Shown in pieces: positions 1 to 11,054 of a stretch of DNA of 64,000 nucleotides. Position numbers and translations under genes: made by a program. Within the stretch, counting starts at the first letter, position 1. Every line of letters starts with the position of its first letter. A model generated the notes under the pieces. The model ran no database searches and was not told the DNA's origin. It worked only from the letters and a program-made list of their open reading frames with translations. This DNA is from an uncultured Spiribacter sp. (GTDB taxonomy: Bacteria; Pseudomonadota; Gammaproteobacteria; Nitrococcales; Nitrococcaceae), in assembly GCA_937884605.1 (NCBI GenBank), contig CALGDM010000007.1, positions 6,714-70,713 of the forward strand, read 5' to 3'.

Positions 1-672
1 GCCGAGCTGCAGACCCGGCTGCTGCGGGTGCTCGCCGACGGCGAGTTCTATCGGGTGGGCGCACACACCCCCATGCAGGTGGATGTGCGCATCATCGCCG
101 CCACCCACCAGAACCTGGATGAGCTGGTCGCCGACGGCCGGTTCCGCGAGGATCTGTTTCATCGGCTCAATGTGATTCGCATTCATTGCCCGGCGCTGCG
201 CGAGCGTCAGGCGGATATCCCCGGCCTGGCGGATCACTTCCTGCGCCGGGCCGCGCGCGAGCTCAACGTCGAGCCCAAGCAGCTCGCTCCCGAGGTGGAG
301 CGCCGACTGCAGTCGCTGCCCTGGCCCGGTAACGTGCGCGAGCTTGAAAACACCTGCCGCTGGCTGACGGTCATGGCCAGCGGCCGCCGGGTGGAGATGG
401 AGGATCTGCCCCCGGAACTTGCCGGGGTGGACGACCCAGCGCCGGCCAGCGGCCCGGCCGATTGGGAAAGCGCCCTGGCGCGCTGGGCGGATCAGCAGGC
501 GGCCGGGCAGGATGACGGCGCACTGGCCGCCGCCCATGGCCGGCTCGAGCGAGTGCTGATCGAAGCGGCGCTGCGCCGCACCGGCGGGCGGCGCCAGGAC
601 GCCGCGCGCCTGCTCGGCTGGGGCCGCAATACCCTGACACGCAAGATCCGGGATCTGCAGATGCGGGTATAA
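1..672 (+). CDS. ntrC: Nitrogen regulation protein NtrC (sigma-54 activator), C-terminal part; 5' end lies outside the window
   Basis: Frame 1 is open from nt 1 (AELQTRLLRVLADGEFYRVG...). There is a near-colinear match to E. coli NtrC: RIIAATHQNL, REDLFHRLNVIR, WPGNVRELENTCRWLTVMA. The C-terminal Fis-type HTH is AARLLGWGRNTLTRKI. Stop is TAA at 670..672. Confidence 0.9.
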   Translation, partial: AELQTRLLRVLADGEFYRVGAHTPMQVDVRIIAATHQNLDELVADGRFREDLFHRLNVIRIHCPALRERQADIPGLADHFLRRAARELNVEPKQLAPEVERRLQSLPWPGNVRELENTCRWLTVMASGRRVEMEDLPPELAGVDDPAPASGPADWESALARWADQQAAGQDDGALAAAHGRLERVLIEAALRRTGGRRQDAARLLGWGRNTLTRKIRDLQMRV

Positions 673-680
673 TCCCGCCC

Positions 681-1157
681 ATGCTGCCCCATGTCGTATT
701 GCACGCCCCCGAGATCCCGCCCAATGCCGGCAATGTCATTCGGCTCTGCGCCAACAGCGGCGCGCGCCTGCACCTGATCCGCCCGCTCGGGTTTGTGCTC
801 GATGACCGGCGGATGCGCCGGGCCGGGCTGGACTATCACGAATTCGCTCGCCTGCAGGTGCACGCTGACTACCCGGCATTTCTCGAGGCGGTGGCGCCGG
901 CGCGGGTCTGGGCGCTGACCACGGGCGGGCGGGTGCGATTTGACCGCCCTGACTATCGCCCCGATGACGCCCTGCTCTTTGGCAGCGAGACCGCGGGCCT
1001 GCCCGATGCGGTGATGGCGCGCATTCCCCACCCGCAGCGGCTGCGATTGCCGATGCAGCCGGGCAACCGCAGCCTCAATCTGTCCAACAGTGTGGCGGTT
1101 ACGGTCTACGAGGCATGGCGTCAGCAGGATTTTGCCGGCAGCGTCGGGCCGGACTGA
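681..1157 (+). CDS. trmL: tRNA (cytidine/uridine-2'-O-)-methyltransferase TrmL (SpoU/TrmH family)
   Basis: 158 aa, the typical TrmL/YibK size. SPOUT motifs are present: PEIPPNAGNVIRLCA, LLFGSETAGLP, SLNLSNSVAVTVYEA. It neighbours gpsA-secB as in E. coli. Confidence 0.9.
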   Translation: MLPHVVLHAPEIPPNAGNVIRLCANSGARLHLIRPLGFVLDDRRMRRAGLDYHEFARLQVHADYPAFLEAVAPARVWALTTGGRVRFDRPDYRPDDALLFGSETAGLPDAVMARIPHPQRLRLPMQPGNRSLNLSNSVAVTVYEAWRQQDFAGSVGPD

Positions 1158-1158
1158 T

Positions 1159-2166
1159 TCAGGTCCCGAGGTCGTCGAACTCGGGGCCGCGGCGGCGCTC
1201 CATCAAGGCCGTGGCGGCATCGATGGGCGAGCGTGTCCCGTCAACGACGGACTCGACGGCGCTGCAGATCGGCAGTTCCACCGCCAGCCGGCGCGCCATC
1301 TGACCGAGCTCGGCGGCGGTCCGCACGCCCTCAACCACTTCGCCAATGCGCGTGGTGGCGGCGTCGATGGACTCGCCGCGTCCCAGCGCCAGGCCCATGC
1401 GGCGGTTGCGCGACTGATCATCGGTGCAGGTCAGCATCAGGTCGCCGAGGCCGGCAAGCCCGGTAAGGGTGCGATCGTCCGCGCCCAGAACGGCCCCCAG
1501 CCGGCGGACTTCAGCGAGCCCCCGGGTGACCAGTCCGCTGCGGGCGTTGGCGCCAAACCCCAGACCATCGGCAATACCGGTGGCGATGGCCAGGATATTC
1601 TTGACCGCGCCACCCAGTCCCACACCGATCCGGTCGTCGCTGCGATAGACCCGAAAACGCGGATCATGGAAGTCGGCGCAGAGGCGCTCGGTGACGGCCC
1701 GATCGCGGCCGGCCAGGACCACGGCGGTGGGCAGACCGGCGGCGACCTCAGCGGCAAAGCTCGGGCCGGAGAGCGCCGCCAGCGGCTGCCTGGGCAGGGC
1801 GGCCGCGGCCACGTCATGGAGCAGTCCGCCGCTGGTGTTGTCGAGGCCCTTGGTCGCCCACAGGACCGGTGTATCGGCGGCGACGACCGGCGCCAGAGCC
1901 TGCACCGTGGCGGCAAAGGCATGGCTTGGCACGGCAATCAGCACCGCGTCGGCGCCGGCCACCGCGGCGCTTTGCTCGACGGTCGGCCGGATCCCTGCCG
2001 GTAGCGGGTGATCGCTCAGGTGACGCGGGTTGTGCCGGGTATCGGCCATGGCCCGGACCGTGGCCGGATCATGCGCCCAGAGTCGGACCGCGTGGCCGTT
2101 GCGTGCCAGCACGAGGGCCAGTGCCGTGCCCCACGAGCCAGCGCCCAGCACCGCGTAATCCGCCAC
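1159..2166 (-). CDS. gpsA: NAD(P)H-dependent glycerol-3-phosphate dehydrogenase
   Basis: The Rossmann N-terminus is VADYAVLGAGSWGTALA, and GpsA motifs follow (GLAGLGDLMLTC). I chose the GTG at 2164..2166, 4 nt after the secB stop. The tracker ORF reaching 2253 would add an Arg/Pro-rich extension overlapping secB. Confidence 0.88.
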   Translation of the reverse strand: MADYAVLGAGSWGTALALVLARNGHAVRLWAHDPATVRAMADTRHNPRHLSDHPLPAGIRPTVEQSAAVAGADAVLIAVPSHAFAATVQALAPVVAADTPVLWATKGLDNTSGGLLHDVAAAALPRQPLAALSGPSFAAEVAAGLPTAVVLAGRDRAVTERLCADFHDPRFRVYRSDDRIGVGLGGAVKNILAIATGIADGLGFGANARSGLVTRGLAEVRRLGAVLGADDRTLTGLAGLGDLMLTCTDDQSRNRRMGLALGRGESIDAATTRIGEVVEGVRTAAELGQMARRLAVELPICSAVESVVDGTRSPIDAATALMERRRGPEFDDLGT

Positions 2167-2170
2167 CGTT

Positions 2171-2698
2171 CTACTCCGTGGTGCCGGCTTCCTGGCCACC
2201 GGTCTGCGCCTCGGCGCCGGCGTTCTGCTGGCGCTGGCGGGCGTAGAGCGCATCGAAATTGACCGGCGACAGCGTCATGGGCGGAAACCCGGCCTTGCCG
2301 GTCAGGTCACTCACCGCCTCGCGGGCGTAGGCAAACAGCACACCGGGGCAGTAGGCCCCCAGCAGCTGATCGGTGGCGTTGTCCTCGAAGCCGGCGACGG
2401 TGAACAGCCCCGCCTGATGGACCTCGCAGAGATAGGCGGTGGTGTCGTTGACCGTGGCGGTCACGGTGACCGTCAGCACCACCTCGTAGAGGCCTTCGCT
2501 GACGGTGTTGCGACGGGTGTTGAGCTCGACCCGCGCCTCGGGCTTCCACGACTGGGTAAAGACCTCGGGCGCGCCGGGAGTTTCCAGCGAGCTGTCCTTG
2601 AGATAGATCTTCTGGATGGTGAACTGCTGGGGGTTGGCATTCTCGCTGGCGGCCTGGCCATTGCCCGCGCCGGCGGTGCCGTTGTCTGTCTCGGCCAT
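2171..2698 (-). CDS. secB: Protein-export chaperone SecB
   Basis: FTIQKIYLKDSSLETP, HQAGLFTV and LGAYCPGVLFAYAREAV match conserved SecB segments. The secB-gpsA order is conserved. Confidence 0.92.
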   Translation of the reverse strand: MAETDNGTAGAGNGQAASENANPQQFTIQKIYLKDSSLETPGAPEVFTQSWKPEARVELNTRRNTVSEGLYEVVLTVTVTATVNDTTAYLCEVHQAGLFTVAGFEDNATDQLLGAYCPGVLFAYAREAVSDLTGKAGFPPMTLSPVNFDALYARQRQQNAGAEAQTGGQEAGTTE

Positions 2699-2736
2699 GG
2701 TGTCTCCTGGATCCTGTTCGATGGTGATTGGTTGGC

Positions 2737-3165
2737 TCAGCCCCGGCCCTCGGTGGGCAGGCTTGCGTCGCGCCAGGCGTTGATCCCGCCGCGCAGCTGG
2801 CGTACGTCCGACCAGCCCTGGGCCTCGAGGGCCTGAATGGCCTTGAGGGTGCGCTGACCATTGTCGCAGTACACCACGAGCGTACGCTGCTTGAAGCGCT
2901 TGAGCCGATCCTGGCGCTGATCGATGTAGGCCATGGGCACATTGATGGCCCCGGGCAGATGACTCGCCTGGAAGGCGTTCTCGTTGCGCACGTCGATGAA
3001 CACCGCGGCGTCCTGATTGTAGAGCCGCGTCGCGTCGGTGGCATCGATGGCCTGACGGCTGCGCCGGTAGTTCAGGTACTCGTTGGCCACCAGGGCGGCC
3101 AGCACCGCGAGCAGCGATGCAATGAGCAGCGGATGATTGGTGCTGAATTCTATGACTCTATCCAT
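2737..3165 (-). CDS. yibN: Membrane-anchored single-domain rhodanese (YibN-like sulfurtransferase)
   Basis: There is an N-terminal TM helix (PLLIASLLAVLAALVA) and a rhodanese active-site loop, VVYCDNGQRT. It sits upstream of secB as E. coli yibN does. No grxC lies between them here. Confidence 0.8.
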   Translation of the reverse strand: MDRVIEFSTNHPLLIASLLAVLAALVANEYLNYRRSRQAIDATDATRLYNQDAAVFIDVRNENAFQASHLPGAINVPMAYIDQRQDRLKRFKQRTLVVYCDNGQRTLKAIQALEAQGWSDVRQLRGGINAWRDASLPTEGRG

Positions 3166-3177
3166 GACCCGGCGCTG

Positions 3178-3205
3178 TTAGGATGCGTATTGAGCCGAAT
3201 AGTAT
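3178..3205 (+). promoter_or_regulatory. Candidate sigma-70-type promoter for envC
   Basis: TTAGGA (3178..3183), a 16-nt spacer and TAGTAT (3200..3205) sit in the AT-richest part of the 61-nt yibN/envC divergent region. This is a pattern match only. Confidence 0.25.
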
Positions 3206-3226
3206 ACCAGCCGAGACGCCACGCCG

Positions 3227-4375
3227 ATGAACCGATGCCTTCTGATCGCCTGTCTGTTGCTGCCTGTCGCCACGGCCAGCGGTCAGAGCGACGAATTGGC
3301 GTCGCGCGAGGCGCGGCTGGAGGCGCTGCGCGAGCAGATCGGCGACCTGCAGGATGAGCTGGCCCGCGATCGCGAGCGCGCCGGCGGCCTCGAGGCGGAA
3401 CTGGGCCGCCTCGAGCGGCGCATCGGCGAAACCCGCGAGGGCCTGCGCGACCTCGAGGCGGGCATCCGGCAGCGGCGCGAACGGATTGGCGACCTGGAAG
3501 CCGACATCGCCCGCCGCGCCGAGCAGAGCGAGGCGCATCGCCGGCAACTCGCCGAGAGCCTGCGTGCCACCTACCGCCAGGGCCGGACGCCGGCCCTGCG
3601 GCTGCTGCTGAATGCCGGTGAACCGGCCCGCATGCAGCGGCTGCTGGTGTATCAGTCACGGCTTGCCGGTGCCCGCACCGAGGCCGTGCAGGCCGCGGAA
3701 TCGGCGATCCGCGAGCTGCGTGAACAGCGCGCCGAGCGCGAAGATGCCCTCGCGGCCCAGCAGGCCGATCGCGCTCGACGCGAGCGCCAGCTCGAGGCCT
3801 TGCAGGACAAGGTCGACGAGCGCGACGCCCTGCTGGCATCGACCCGCGAGCGGATCCGCGAGCAGGACGACCAACTGGCCCGCCGCCGCGACGAGGCGGA
3901 ATCCCTCAACCAGCTGATCGAGGATCTGCGCGAGCGACTGGCCGCCACGGGGCCGGGCGCGGAGGGCACGGTGGAAATCTCGGCGGGCGGGTTGATCTGG
4001 CCCCATCAAGGGCCGCTGCTGGCACGTTATGGCAGCCAGCGTGCGGCGGATCTGGACTGGACCGGCCTGCTGATCGGCGGCCAGGCGGGCGATCCGGTCA
4101 ATCCGGTGGCGGCCGGGCAGGTGGTGTTCGCCGACTGGTTGCGCGGGCTCGGTTTGCTGCTCATCATTGATCACGGCAATGGGTATCTGAGTCTCTACGG
4201 ACGCAACCAGGCCCTTTACGCCGACGTGGGTGACCGGGTGACAACACGCGACGTGATCGCCACCGTCGGCCGCAGTGGTGGACGGGCCGAGACGGCGCTT
4301 TATTTCGAATTGCGCGCGGAAGGTGAGCCGGTGGATCCGATGAGCTGGCTGCAATCGCGCGATAACCAGAATTGA
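3227..4375 (+). CDS. envC: Murein hydrolase activator EnvC (coiled-coil plus degenerate M23/LytM domain)
   Basis: It has a signal peptide, a long Glu/Arg/Leu-rich coiled coil, and a C-terminal LytM domain (LLIIDHGNGYLSLYGRNQAL, GRSGG). It is divergent from yibN as in E. coli. Confidence 0.85.
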   Translation: MNRCLLIACLLLPVATASGQSDELASREARLEALREQIGDLQDELARDRERAGGLEAELGRLERRIGETREGLRDLEAGIRQRRERIGDLEADIARRAEQSEAHRRQLAESLRATYRQGRTPALRLLLNAGEPARMQRLLVYQSRLAGARTEAVQAAESAIRELREQRAEREDALAAQQADRARRERQLEALQDKVDERDALLASTRERIREQDDQLARRRDEAESLNQLIEDLRERLAATGPGAEGTVEISAGGLIWPHQGPLLARYGSQRAADLDWTGLLIGGQAGDPVNPVAAGQVVFADWLRGLGLLLIIDHGNGYLSLYGRNQALYADVGDRVTTRDVIATVGRSGGRAETALYFELRAEGEPVDPMSWLQSRDNQN

Positions 4376-4382
4376 GGATGGA

Positions 4383-5678
4383 ATGATGCGCATATCCGGA
4401 CTGCTGCAGGGCCTGACGGTCGGGGTGCTGGTGGCCCTGCTGATCGCCAACGTCCAGACGGTCACCGCGCAGTCGCCGGCCACGCCCGATGACGACCTGC
4501 CGCTCGAGGAAATCCAGCGCTTTACCGAAGTCTACGAGCGCATCCAGCGCGATTATGTTGAGTCGGTGGATGATGATGAGCTCATCCGCAATGCCATTCG
4601 CGGCATGCTTTCGGGCCTTGATCCGCATTCCGCCTACCTCGATCGCGACGCCTATCAGCGCCTTCAGGAGGGCACGCGCGGCGAGTTCGGTGGTCTGGGC
4701 ATCGAGGTGGGCACCGAGGATGGCCTGATCAAGGTGATCGCCCCCATCGACGGCACACCGGCGGATGCCGCCGACATCCGCCCCGGCGACCTGATCATGC
4801 GGGTCAATGGCGAATCGGTGAAAGGCATGGGGCTGCAGGCGGCGGTGGAGCGCATGCGCGGCGAGCCCGGCAGCGAGGTCACGCTGGGGATTCTGCGCGA
4901 CGACGCCGAAACCACCATCGAGGTCACCCTCGAGCGCGCCGTCATCCAGGTCGACAGTGTCCGGGCCCGGGTGCTCGAGTCGGCATTCGGCTATGTGCGG
5001 GTCAGCCAGTTCCAGTCACGCACCGGCGAGGATGTGCTCGAGGCCATCGATGGGCTGCGTGACCAGGCCGGGCCCCTCGAGGGGCTGGTGCTGGATCTGC
5101 GCAATAACCCCGGCGGTGTCCTGGACGCTGCGGTGGCGGTCAGCGATGCCTTTCTCAGCCGGGGCGAGATTGTCTCGACCAGCGGCCGGGTGGAGCGGTC
5201 CCGCGATGCCTTTACCGCCACGCCCAACGATGCCCTCAATGGCGCGCCGCTGGTCGTGCTGGTGAACGCCGGTTCGGCATCCGCGGCGGAAATCGTCGCC
5301 GGCGCCCTGCAGGATCACGGGCGCGCGGTAATCATGGGCGAAGCCACCTTTGGCAAGGGCTCGGTCCAGACCATTTTGCCGCTGCGCAACGGTGCGGCGG
5401 TCAAATTGACCACGGCGCGCTACTACACCCCCGACGGGCGCTCGATTCAGGCCGAAGGGATCCGGCCTGACGTCAAGGTGGCCAATCTGCAGGTGAGCGA
5501 CGCCGAGGTCCGTTCCGGCCCGCTGCGCGAATCCGATCTGCCGCGGCACTTGCGCGGCGATGGTGAGGCGGACGGGACCGGCGATGCGAACCCGCCGGCG
5601 TCAGCGCTGGCGACCCGCGACTATGCCCTGGCCGAGGCGCTCAATCTGCTCAAGGGCCTGACCATCCTCAGGGACTAG
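4383..5678 (+). CDS. ctpA: Carboxy-terminal processing protease (S41 family)
   Basis: There is a signal/TM segment and a PDZ region (GGLGIEVG...[18 protein letters not shown]). The S41 catalytic segments are [22 protein letters not shown] and TFGKGSVQ. Confidence 0.9.
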   Translation: MMRISGLLQGLTVGVLVALLIANVQTVTAQSPATPDDDLPLEEIQRFTEVYERIQRDYVESVDDDELIRNAIRGMLSGLDPHSAYLDRDAYQRLQEGTRGEFGGLGIEVGTEDGLIKVIAPIDGTPADAADIRPGDLIMRVNGESVKGMGLQAAVERMRGEPGSEVTLGILRDDAETTIEVTLERAVIQVDSVRARVLESAFGYVRVSQFQSRTGEDVLEAIDGLRDQAGPLEGLVLDLRNNPGGVLDAAVAVSDAFLSRGEIVSTSGRVERSRDAFTATPNDALNGAPLVVLVNAGSASAAEIVAGALQDHGRAVIMGEATFGKGSVQTILPLRNGAAVKLTTARYYTPDGRSIQAEGIRPDVKVANLQVSDAEVRSGPLRESDLPRHLRGDGEADGTGDANPPASALATRDYALAEALNLLKGLTILRD

Positions 5679-7342
5679 TCGCGCGGCCAGGCCGCGACCC
5701 AGATCACCACACCAAGGCTGCCGATGACCCAGCTGACCAGCGGTGCTTCGCCCAGCATGGTGGGGCTGCGCCCATCCAGGCCGGCAACGATGAATGCCGA
5801 GACCACCAGCGCGCCGCCCACCCCGGTGGCAAAGCCGCGCCGCCCGCTCTGACGGATTTCGTGGCGCAGGGCGGTCAGCTGGTGCTGCTGCTCGACGATC
5901 TGCTCGCGGGTGCGGCTGACCTCGCCCAGGGCCTCGTCCACCCGCCGGGGCAGGGTCGGCAGGGTTTCCGCCAGGTGGGGGAGCTCCTGCCGGGCCTTTT
6001 TCAGGAACGCCGTCGGGCCGACCTGCTCGCGCATCCAGCGCTCCAGATAGGGCTTGCCGGTGTCCCACAGATCCAGCTCGGGATAGAGCTGGCGGCCCAG
6101 TCCCTCGATGGCCAGCAGCGTTTTCTGCAGCAGCACCAGTTGGGGCTGGATTTCCATGTCGAACCGCCGTCCGGTCTGGAACAGCCGCATGAGGAGCGCG
6201 CCCAACGAGATCTCGCCCAGCGGCCGCTCGAAGATGGGCTCGCAGACGGTGCGCATGGCGCTTTCGAAGGCATCGATGCGGGTGTCCGCCGGGACCCAGC
6301 CGGATTCGACATGCAGCTCGGCCACGCGCCGGTAATCGCGGTTGAAAAAGGCCATGAAGTTATCGGCCAGATACCGGTGGTCCACCGGGTTGAGCGAGCC
6401 CATGATGCCAAAGTCCACCGCCACGTAGCGCGGATTGGCAGGGTCGCGCACGTCGACAAAGACATTGCCCGGGTGCATGTCGGCATGAAAGAAACTGTCA
6501 CGGAACACCTGGGTAAAAAAGATCTCGGTGCCGCGCTCGGCGAGGGCCTTCATGTCAACGCCGGCGCGGTGCAATCCCTCGATGTCGCTGATCTGGACGC
6601 CGTGGATGCGCTCCATGACCATCACCCGGCGATGGGTGCCCGACCAGTGCACTTCGGGCACATAGAGCAGATCGGAGTCACGGAAGTTGCGCTTGAGCTG
6701 GGTGGCGTTGGCCGCCTCGCGCATCAGATCGAGCTCGTCGTGCAGCGTCGTGTCGAACTCGCGGATCACCTCCACCGGGCGCAGGCGAAACCCCTCGGCC
6801 CAGTAGCGCTGGGCCAGCCGGGCAAACAGGTAGAGCACGCCCAGATCGCGGCCGATGGCCTGCTCGATGCCCGGGCGCACGACCTTGACGATGACATCCT
6901 CGCCACTGTGCAGACGGGCGGCATGAACCTGGGCGATGGAGGCCGAGGCCATGGGCTCGGTGTCGAAATGCGCGAACCAGGCATCCACCGGCTGCTGGTA
7001 TTCATCCTCGATGATCGCGCGCGCCTCCTCGCCGGGAAACGGCGGGACGCGATCCTGCAGACGGGCCAGTTCGGCGGCGATGTCCGGCGGCAGCAGGTCG
7101 CGCCGGGTGGAGATGATCTGGCCGAATTTGACAAAGATCGGGCCCAGCTCCTCGAGCGCCAGGCGGATCCGCTCACCCCGCGGCCGCTGACGACGCGTGA
7201 ACCAGGTCCAGGGCATGAACACCCGCAGAAAGCGGAACGGCCGGAACCAGCGGGTGGCAAACAGGACCTCATCGAGGCCGTGGCGCAGCAGGACGATGTT
7301 GATCTGCGCGAGGCGCAGCAGCAGGCGGATACGGCGGATCAT
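5675..7342 (-). CDS. ubiB: Ubiquinone biosynthesis regulatory protein kinase UbiB (ABC1/ADCK family)
   Basis: 555 aa with [38 protein letters not shown] and two C-terminal TM helices. It is the third gene of ubiE-ubiJ-ubiB. Confidence 0.93.
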   Translation of the reverse strand: MIRRIRLLLRLAQINIVLLRHGLDEVLFATRWFRPFRFLRVFMPWTWFTRRQRPRGERIRLALEELGPIFVKFGQIISTRRDLLPPDIAAELARLQDRVPPFPGEEARAIIEDEYQQPVDAWFAHFDTEPMASASIAQVHAARLHSGEDVIVKVVRPGIEQAIGRDLGVLYLFARLAQRYWAEGFRLRPVEVIREFDTTLHDELDLMREAANATQLKRNFRDSDLLYVPEVHWSGTHRRVMVMERIHGVQISDIEGLHRAGVDMKALAERGTEIFFTQVFRDSFFHADMHPGNVFVDVRDPANPRYVAVDFGIMGSLNPVDHRYLADNFMAFFNRDYRRVAELHVESGWVPADTRIDAFESAMRTVCEPIFERPLGEISLGALLMRLFQTGRRFDMEIQPQLVLLQKTLLAIEGLGRQLYPELDLWDTGKPYLERWMREQVGPTAFLKKARQELPHLAETLPTLPRRVDEALGEVSRTREQIVEQQHQLTALRHEIRQSGRRGFATGVGGALVVSAFIVAGLDGRSPTMLGEAPLVSWVIGSLGVVIWVAAWPRD

Positions 7343-7956
7343 TGCGTCCCCCCGCGGCGCTCGAGCCGCCGCAGCCGGGCTTCGAGGCGGTCAACGCCCT
7401 CGCGGATCCGGTCAACGTCATCGAGAAAATGCCGGGTTTCGGCGGCGGTGGGCAGCCAGCGGCGCTCTTCAGTGGCCAGTTCGACGGCATTGCGCAGCAG
7501 CGTATCGGCGCTCTCGCGGCCCCAGCGGCCGCCCTCGCGCAGCCCGGTGGCCATGCGGGCGGCGCTGGCCTCGCCCACCAGACGCGCCAGCTGGGCCTCG
7601 ATATCCACATCAAGCTCGCTGAAAAGGGTGCGGACCTCCTGGATTGTGCCGATATCGCCGCGAAAGGAGACCTCGCGACTGCGCTGCCCGCGGGACAGGA
7701 CCAGGCCGGTGAGCCCGGCCAGCGAGGCCTCCAGGACCACATCGCAGTCGTTCATGTCGGTGCCATCGTTGATCAGCGTTACGCCGGTGTCGCTGAAGGT
7801 GACCCGCAGGGCCACCGCCGGGTCGGTCAGACGCAGCCCCATTTCGCGACCGTCCAGCGGTGCCAGGCGTGCGGGCGTGCCGGGATCGAGGGTCAGAATG
7901 CGGTTGATGCCCGCCTCAATGGGGCCCAGTGGCAGCCACTCAGTAGACATGGCCAT
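7339..7956 (-). CDS. ubiJ: Ubiquinone biosynthesis accessory factor UbiJ (SCP2 domain)
   Basis: 205 aa located between ubiE and ubiB. It has an SCP2-like N-terminal half and a helical Arg/Glu-rich tail ([12 protein letters not shown]). The start could also be the ATG at 7950. Confidence 0.8.
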   Translation of the reverse strand: MAMSTEWLPLGPIEAGINRILTLDPGTPARLAPLDGREMGLRLTDPAVALRVTFSDTGVTLINDGTDMNDCDVVLEASLAGLTGLVLSRGQRSREVSFRGDIGTIQEVRTLFSELDVDIEAQLARLVGEASAARMATGLREGGRWGRESADTLLRNAVELATEERRWLPTAAETRHFLDDVDRIREGVDRLEARLRRLERRGGTQ

Positions 7957-8704
7957 GGTGGAGCGCGACCACCCCCCCGCTCAGGTTGATGTAACCGACA
8001 TCCTCGAAGCCAGCGGCCTCCATCATCATTTTCAGTGTCTCCTGATCGGGATGCTGGCGGATCGACTCGGCCAGATAGCGATAGCTTTCGGCGTCCTGCG
8101 CCACCAGCCGGCCCATGAGCGGCAGCATGCGAAACGAGTAGAGGTCGTAGACCGGCTGCAGCGGCGTCAGGTAGAGCGATGAGAACTCGAGGATGACGAG
8201 TTGCCCGCCGGGCCGCAGGGCCTCGCGCATGGCCTGCAGAGCCTCGGGAATGCGGGTGACGTTGCGCAGGCCGAAGCCGATGCTGATCCGATCGAACTGG
8301 CGCGGCTGAAACGGCAGCTGCTCGGCGTTGGCGAGCACGTAGTCCAGATTGCCGGTGACGCCTTCGTCGAGCAGCCGGTCGCGGCCCGTCTCGAGCATGG
8401 CGGCATTGATGTCCGAGACGATCACCTCGCCCTCGGGGCCCACCTGAGCCGCGAGTCCCCGGGCGAGATCGCCGGTGCCGGCGGCCAGGTCCAGCACCCG
8501 CTGACCGGGCCGGGCATTGATCAGCCGCAGGGCCTGACGCTTCCAGAGCCGGTGCAGGCCGGCCGACATCAGGTCGTTCATGACGTCGTAGCGGCTTGCC
8601 ACCGAGCTGAACACCTCGCCCACACGCCGGGCCTTTTCCGCCACCGGCACGCGCTGATAGCCGAAGTGGGTTTCGTCGTTCTGATCCGAATCAAAGCCTG
8701 TCAT
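7940..8704 (-). CDS. ubiE: Demethylmenaquinone/ubiquinone C-methyltransferase UbiE
   Basis: [27 protein letters not shown], the SAM motif [11 protein letters not shown] and the [12 protein letters not shown] motif are present. Confidence 0.93.
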   Translation of the reverse strand: MTGFDSDQNDETHFGYQRVPVAEKARRVGEVFSSVASRYDVMNDLMSAGLHRLWKRQALRLINARPGQRVLDLAAGTGDLARGLAAQVGPEGEVIVSDINAAMLETGRDRLLDEGVTGNLDYVLANAEQLPFQPRQFDRISIGFGLRNVTRIPEALQAMREALRPGGQLVILEFSSLYLTPLQPVYDLYSFRMLPLMGRLVAQDAESYRYLAESIRQHPDQETLKMMMEAAGFEDVGYINLSGGVVALHHGHVY

Positions 8705-9093
8705 GCGCTGCCTCCCGCGTCCCGCTGATAGCCGGCGGCCGCCAGTGAATCGAGATAGTCCTGCCAGTAGTCCAGGGCGTTTTCGCCCAGATCGTAGAGC
8801 AGGTCCCAGGAATAGAGTCCGGTGTTGTGGCCGTCATCAAAGTGAATGCGCAGGGCGTACTGGCCCACGGGCTCGATGCGCTCGATGCCCACCGACTCCT
8901 TGCCCACCTGGAGGATTGCCTGCCCCGGGCCATGGCCCCGTACCTCGGCGGACGGCGAGTGGACGCGCAGATACTCGGCGCCCAGATCAAAGTGGCAGCC
9001 ATCGTCAAAGCTCACCGCCAGGGTGCGGGACTGGCGGTGGAGATGGATCTGCGTGGGCACACGGCCGGTGTTGCGGCGCTCGGGGCGTTTCAT
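8701..9093 (-). CDS. DUF971 family protein (gamma-butyrobetaine hydroxylase-like N-terminal domain)
   Basis: 130 aa. The pattern [19 protein letters not shown]...H...GLYSWDLLY is typical of the small DUF971 proteins often found next to ubiE. The function call is a family assignment only. Confidence 0.7.
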   Translation of the reverse strand: MKRPERRNTGRVPTQIHLHRQSRTLAVSFDDGCHFDLGAEYLRVHSPSAEVRGHGPGQAILQVGKESVGIERIEPVGQYALRIHFDDGHNTGLYSWDLLYDLGENALDYWQDYLDSLAAAGYQRDAGGSA

Positions 9094-9100
9094 GGCGACC

Positions 9101-10435
9101 TCAGAGGATGTAGCGACTCAGGTCTTCGTTGCCGGCGAGATCCGCAAGCTGAGCGTCCACATAGTCGGCGTCGATGCTCACGGTCTGGCCGCTGTGATCG
9201 GCGGCGCTGTAGGAGATGGTCTCGAGCAGGCGCTCCATGATGGTGTGCAGCCGCCGCGCGCCGATGTTTTCGGTGTGGGCGTTGACCTGCCAGGCCATCC
9301 GGGCGATGCGATCCACGCCATCGGCGGTGAATGCCAGTTCAACCCCCTCGGTGCGCAGCAACGCCTGGTACTGGCGGACCAGCGAGGCATCGGGGTCGGT
9401 AAGGATGGCGACAAAGTCCTCCACCGCCAGCGATGACAGCTCGACACGGATCGGCAGCCGACCCTGCAGTTCGGGGATCAGATCCGAGGGCTTGGAGACG
9501 TGGAACGCCCCCGAGGCAATGAACAGGATATGGTCGGTGTTGACCATCCCCGACCGGGTCGACACGGTACTGCCCTCGATCAGCGGCAGCAGATCGCGCT
9601 GGACGCCCTCGCGGGAGATGTCGCCGCCGCCACTGGCGCCGCTCTGCTCGGTCTGCCGGGCCACCTTGTCGATTTCGTCGAGGAACACGATGCCGCTCTG
9701 CTCGACGGATTCGATGGCCTTCTGCTTGATCTCTTCCTCGTTGACCAGCCGCGCGGCCTCTTCCTCGCGCAGCACCCGCCAGGCTTCGGCGATGGTCAGC
9801 CGCTGCCGCTCGCTGCGCTGATTGCCCAGGTTCTGGAACATGCCCTGGAGCTGGCTGGTGAGCTGCTCCATGCCCGGCGGCGCCATGATGTCCATGCCCG
9901 ACTGCTGGCCGCGGACATCGATCTCGATCTCGCGCTCGTCGAGCTCGCCCTCGCGCAGCTTCTTGCGCATTTTCTGGCGCGTGCTGTCCTGGCTGCGATC
10001 CTCGTTTTCGCTGCCTCGGGCCTGGGGCAGCAGGGCGTCGAGGATGCGTTCCTCGGCGGCGTCATCGGCGCGACTCGACTGACGTTGCATCTCCTGCTCG
10101 CGGATCATCCGCAGGGCATTGTCGGTGAGGTCGCGAATCACCGATTCGACGTCGCGGCCGACATAACCCACCTCGGTAAACTTCGAGGCCTCGATCTTGA
10201 TGAACGGCGCGTTGGCGAGCCGCGCCAGCCGCCGCGCGATTTCGGTCTTGCCGACACCGGTGGGGCCGATCATGAGGATGTTCTTGGGCGTGATCTCGGG
10301 GCGCAGTGCCGGGTCCACCTGCAGCCGCCGCCAGCGGTTGCGCAGCGCATTGGCGACCGCGCGCTTGGCGTCGCCCTGTCCGACGATGTGCTTGTCCAGC
10401 TCCTGGACGATTTCGCGGGGGGTCATCTCGCTCAT
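9101..10435 (-). CDS. hslU: ATP-dependent protease ATPase subunit HslU
   Basis: [17 protein letters not shown] is followed by Walker [16 protein letters not shown], Walker [10 protein letters not shown], and the end motif DLSRYIL. Confidence 0.95.
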   Translation of the reverse strand: MSEMTPREIVQELDKHIVGQGDAKRAVANALRNRWRRLQVDPALRPEITPKNILMIGPTGVGKTEIARRLARLANAPFIKIEASKFTEVGYVGRDVESVIRDLTDNALRMIREQEMQRQSSRADDAAEERILDALLPQARGSENEDRSQDSTRQKMRKKLREGELDEREIEIDVRGQQSGMDIMAPPGMEQLTSQLQGMFQNLGNQRSERQRLTIAEAWRVLREEEAARLVNEEEIKQKAIESVEQSGIVFLDEIDKVARQTEQSGASGGGDISREGVQRDLLPLIEGSTVSTRSGMVNTDHILFIASGAFHVSKPSDLIPELQGRLPIRVELSSLAVEDFVAILTDPDASLVRQYQALLRTEGVELAFTADGVDRIARMAWQVNAHTENIGARRLHTIMERLLETISYSAADHSGQTVSIDADYVDAQLADLAGNEDLSRYIL

Positions 10436-10983
10436 CAGGCCTTCCCGTCACCGAGGGTTTCGATGGTCAGCGTGTGATTGGTGTAAATGCAGATATCCGC
10501 GGCGATGCCGAGTGCCCGTTGGACAACCGTGGCGGCATCCAGATCCGTTTCGGCCACCAGCGCCTGGGCGGCGGCCTGGGCATAGCCCGACCCCGAGCCG
10601 ATGGCCATCAGCTCGCGCTCGGGCTCGACCACATCGCCGTTGCCGGAGATCATCAGCAGGCTTTCGGCGTCGGCCACCATGAGTAACGCCTCGAGCCGCC
10701 GCAACGCCCGGTCCGCGCGCCAGTCCTTGGCCATTTCCACCGCCGCGCGGGTGAGTCGCCCGCCGTGGCGCTCGAGCTGGCCCTCGAAGCGCTCGAACAG
10801 CGTGAAGGCGTCGGCCGTGCCGCCGGCAAACCCGGCCAGCACCTGATCGTGATAGAGGCGTCGGACCTTGCGGGCATTGCCCTTCATGACCGTGTTGCCC
10901 AGGGTGACCTGGCCATCGCCGCCGACGGCGATCTGCCCGCCGCGACGGACCGCCAGAATGGTGGTGCCATCAAACTGCTGCAA
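10435..10983 (-). CDS. hslV: ATP-dependent protease subunit HslV
   Basis: The catalytic N-terminal segment is [35 protein letters not shown] chose the TTG at 10981..10983, 6 nt after GGAGA. This gives [10 protein letters not shown], the short propeptide form seen in many beta/gamma-proteobacterial HslV. The tracker ORF starts at the TTG at 11028. Confidence 0.88.
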   Translation of the reverse strand: MQQFDGTTILAVRRGGQIAVGGDGQVTLGNTVMKGNARKVRRLYHDQVLAGFAGGTADAFTLFERFEGQLERHGGRLTRAAVEMAKDWRADRALRRLEALLMVADAESLLMISGNGDVVEPERELMAIGSGSGYAQAAAQALVAETDLDAATVVQRALGIAADICIYTNHTLTIETLGDGKA

Positions 10984-11054
10984 GACTGCTCTCCGGAGGT
11001 TGCTGGATACGGGTCTTTCGACCCTCAATGTTAACGCAGCCGGGCGCCCGGGGG

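Noticed and set aside
5861-8182. A 773-aa plus-strand ORF running antisense across ubiB, ubiJ and ubiE.
   Set aside because: It is a shadow ORF. It is codon-complementary to ubiB (offset 186 nt) and continues through the next two genes by chance absence of stops. It has no recognisable domains, and all three minus-strand genes have clear family signatures.
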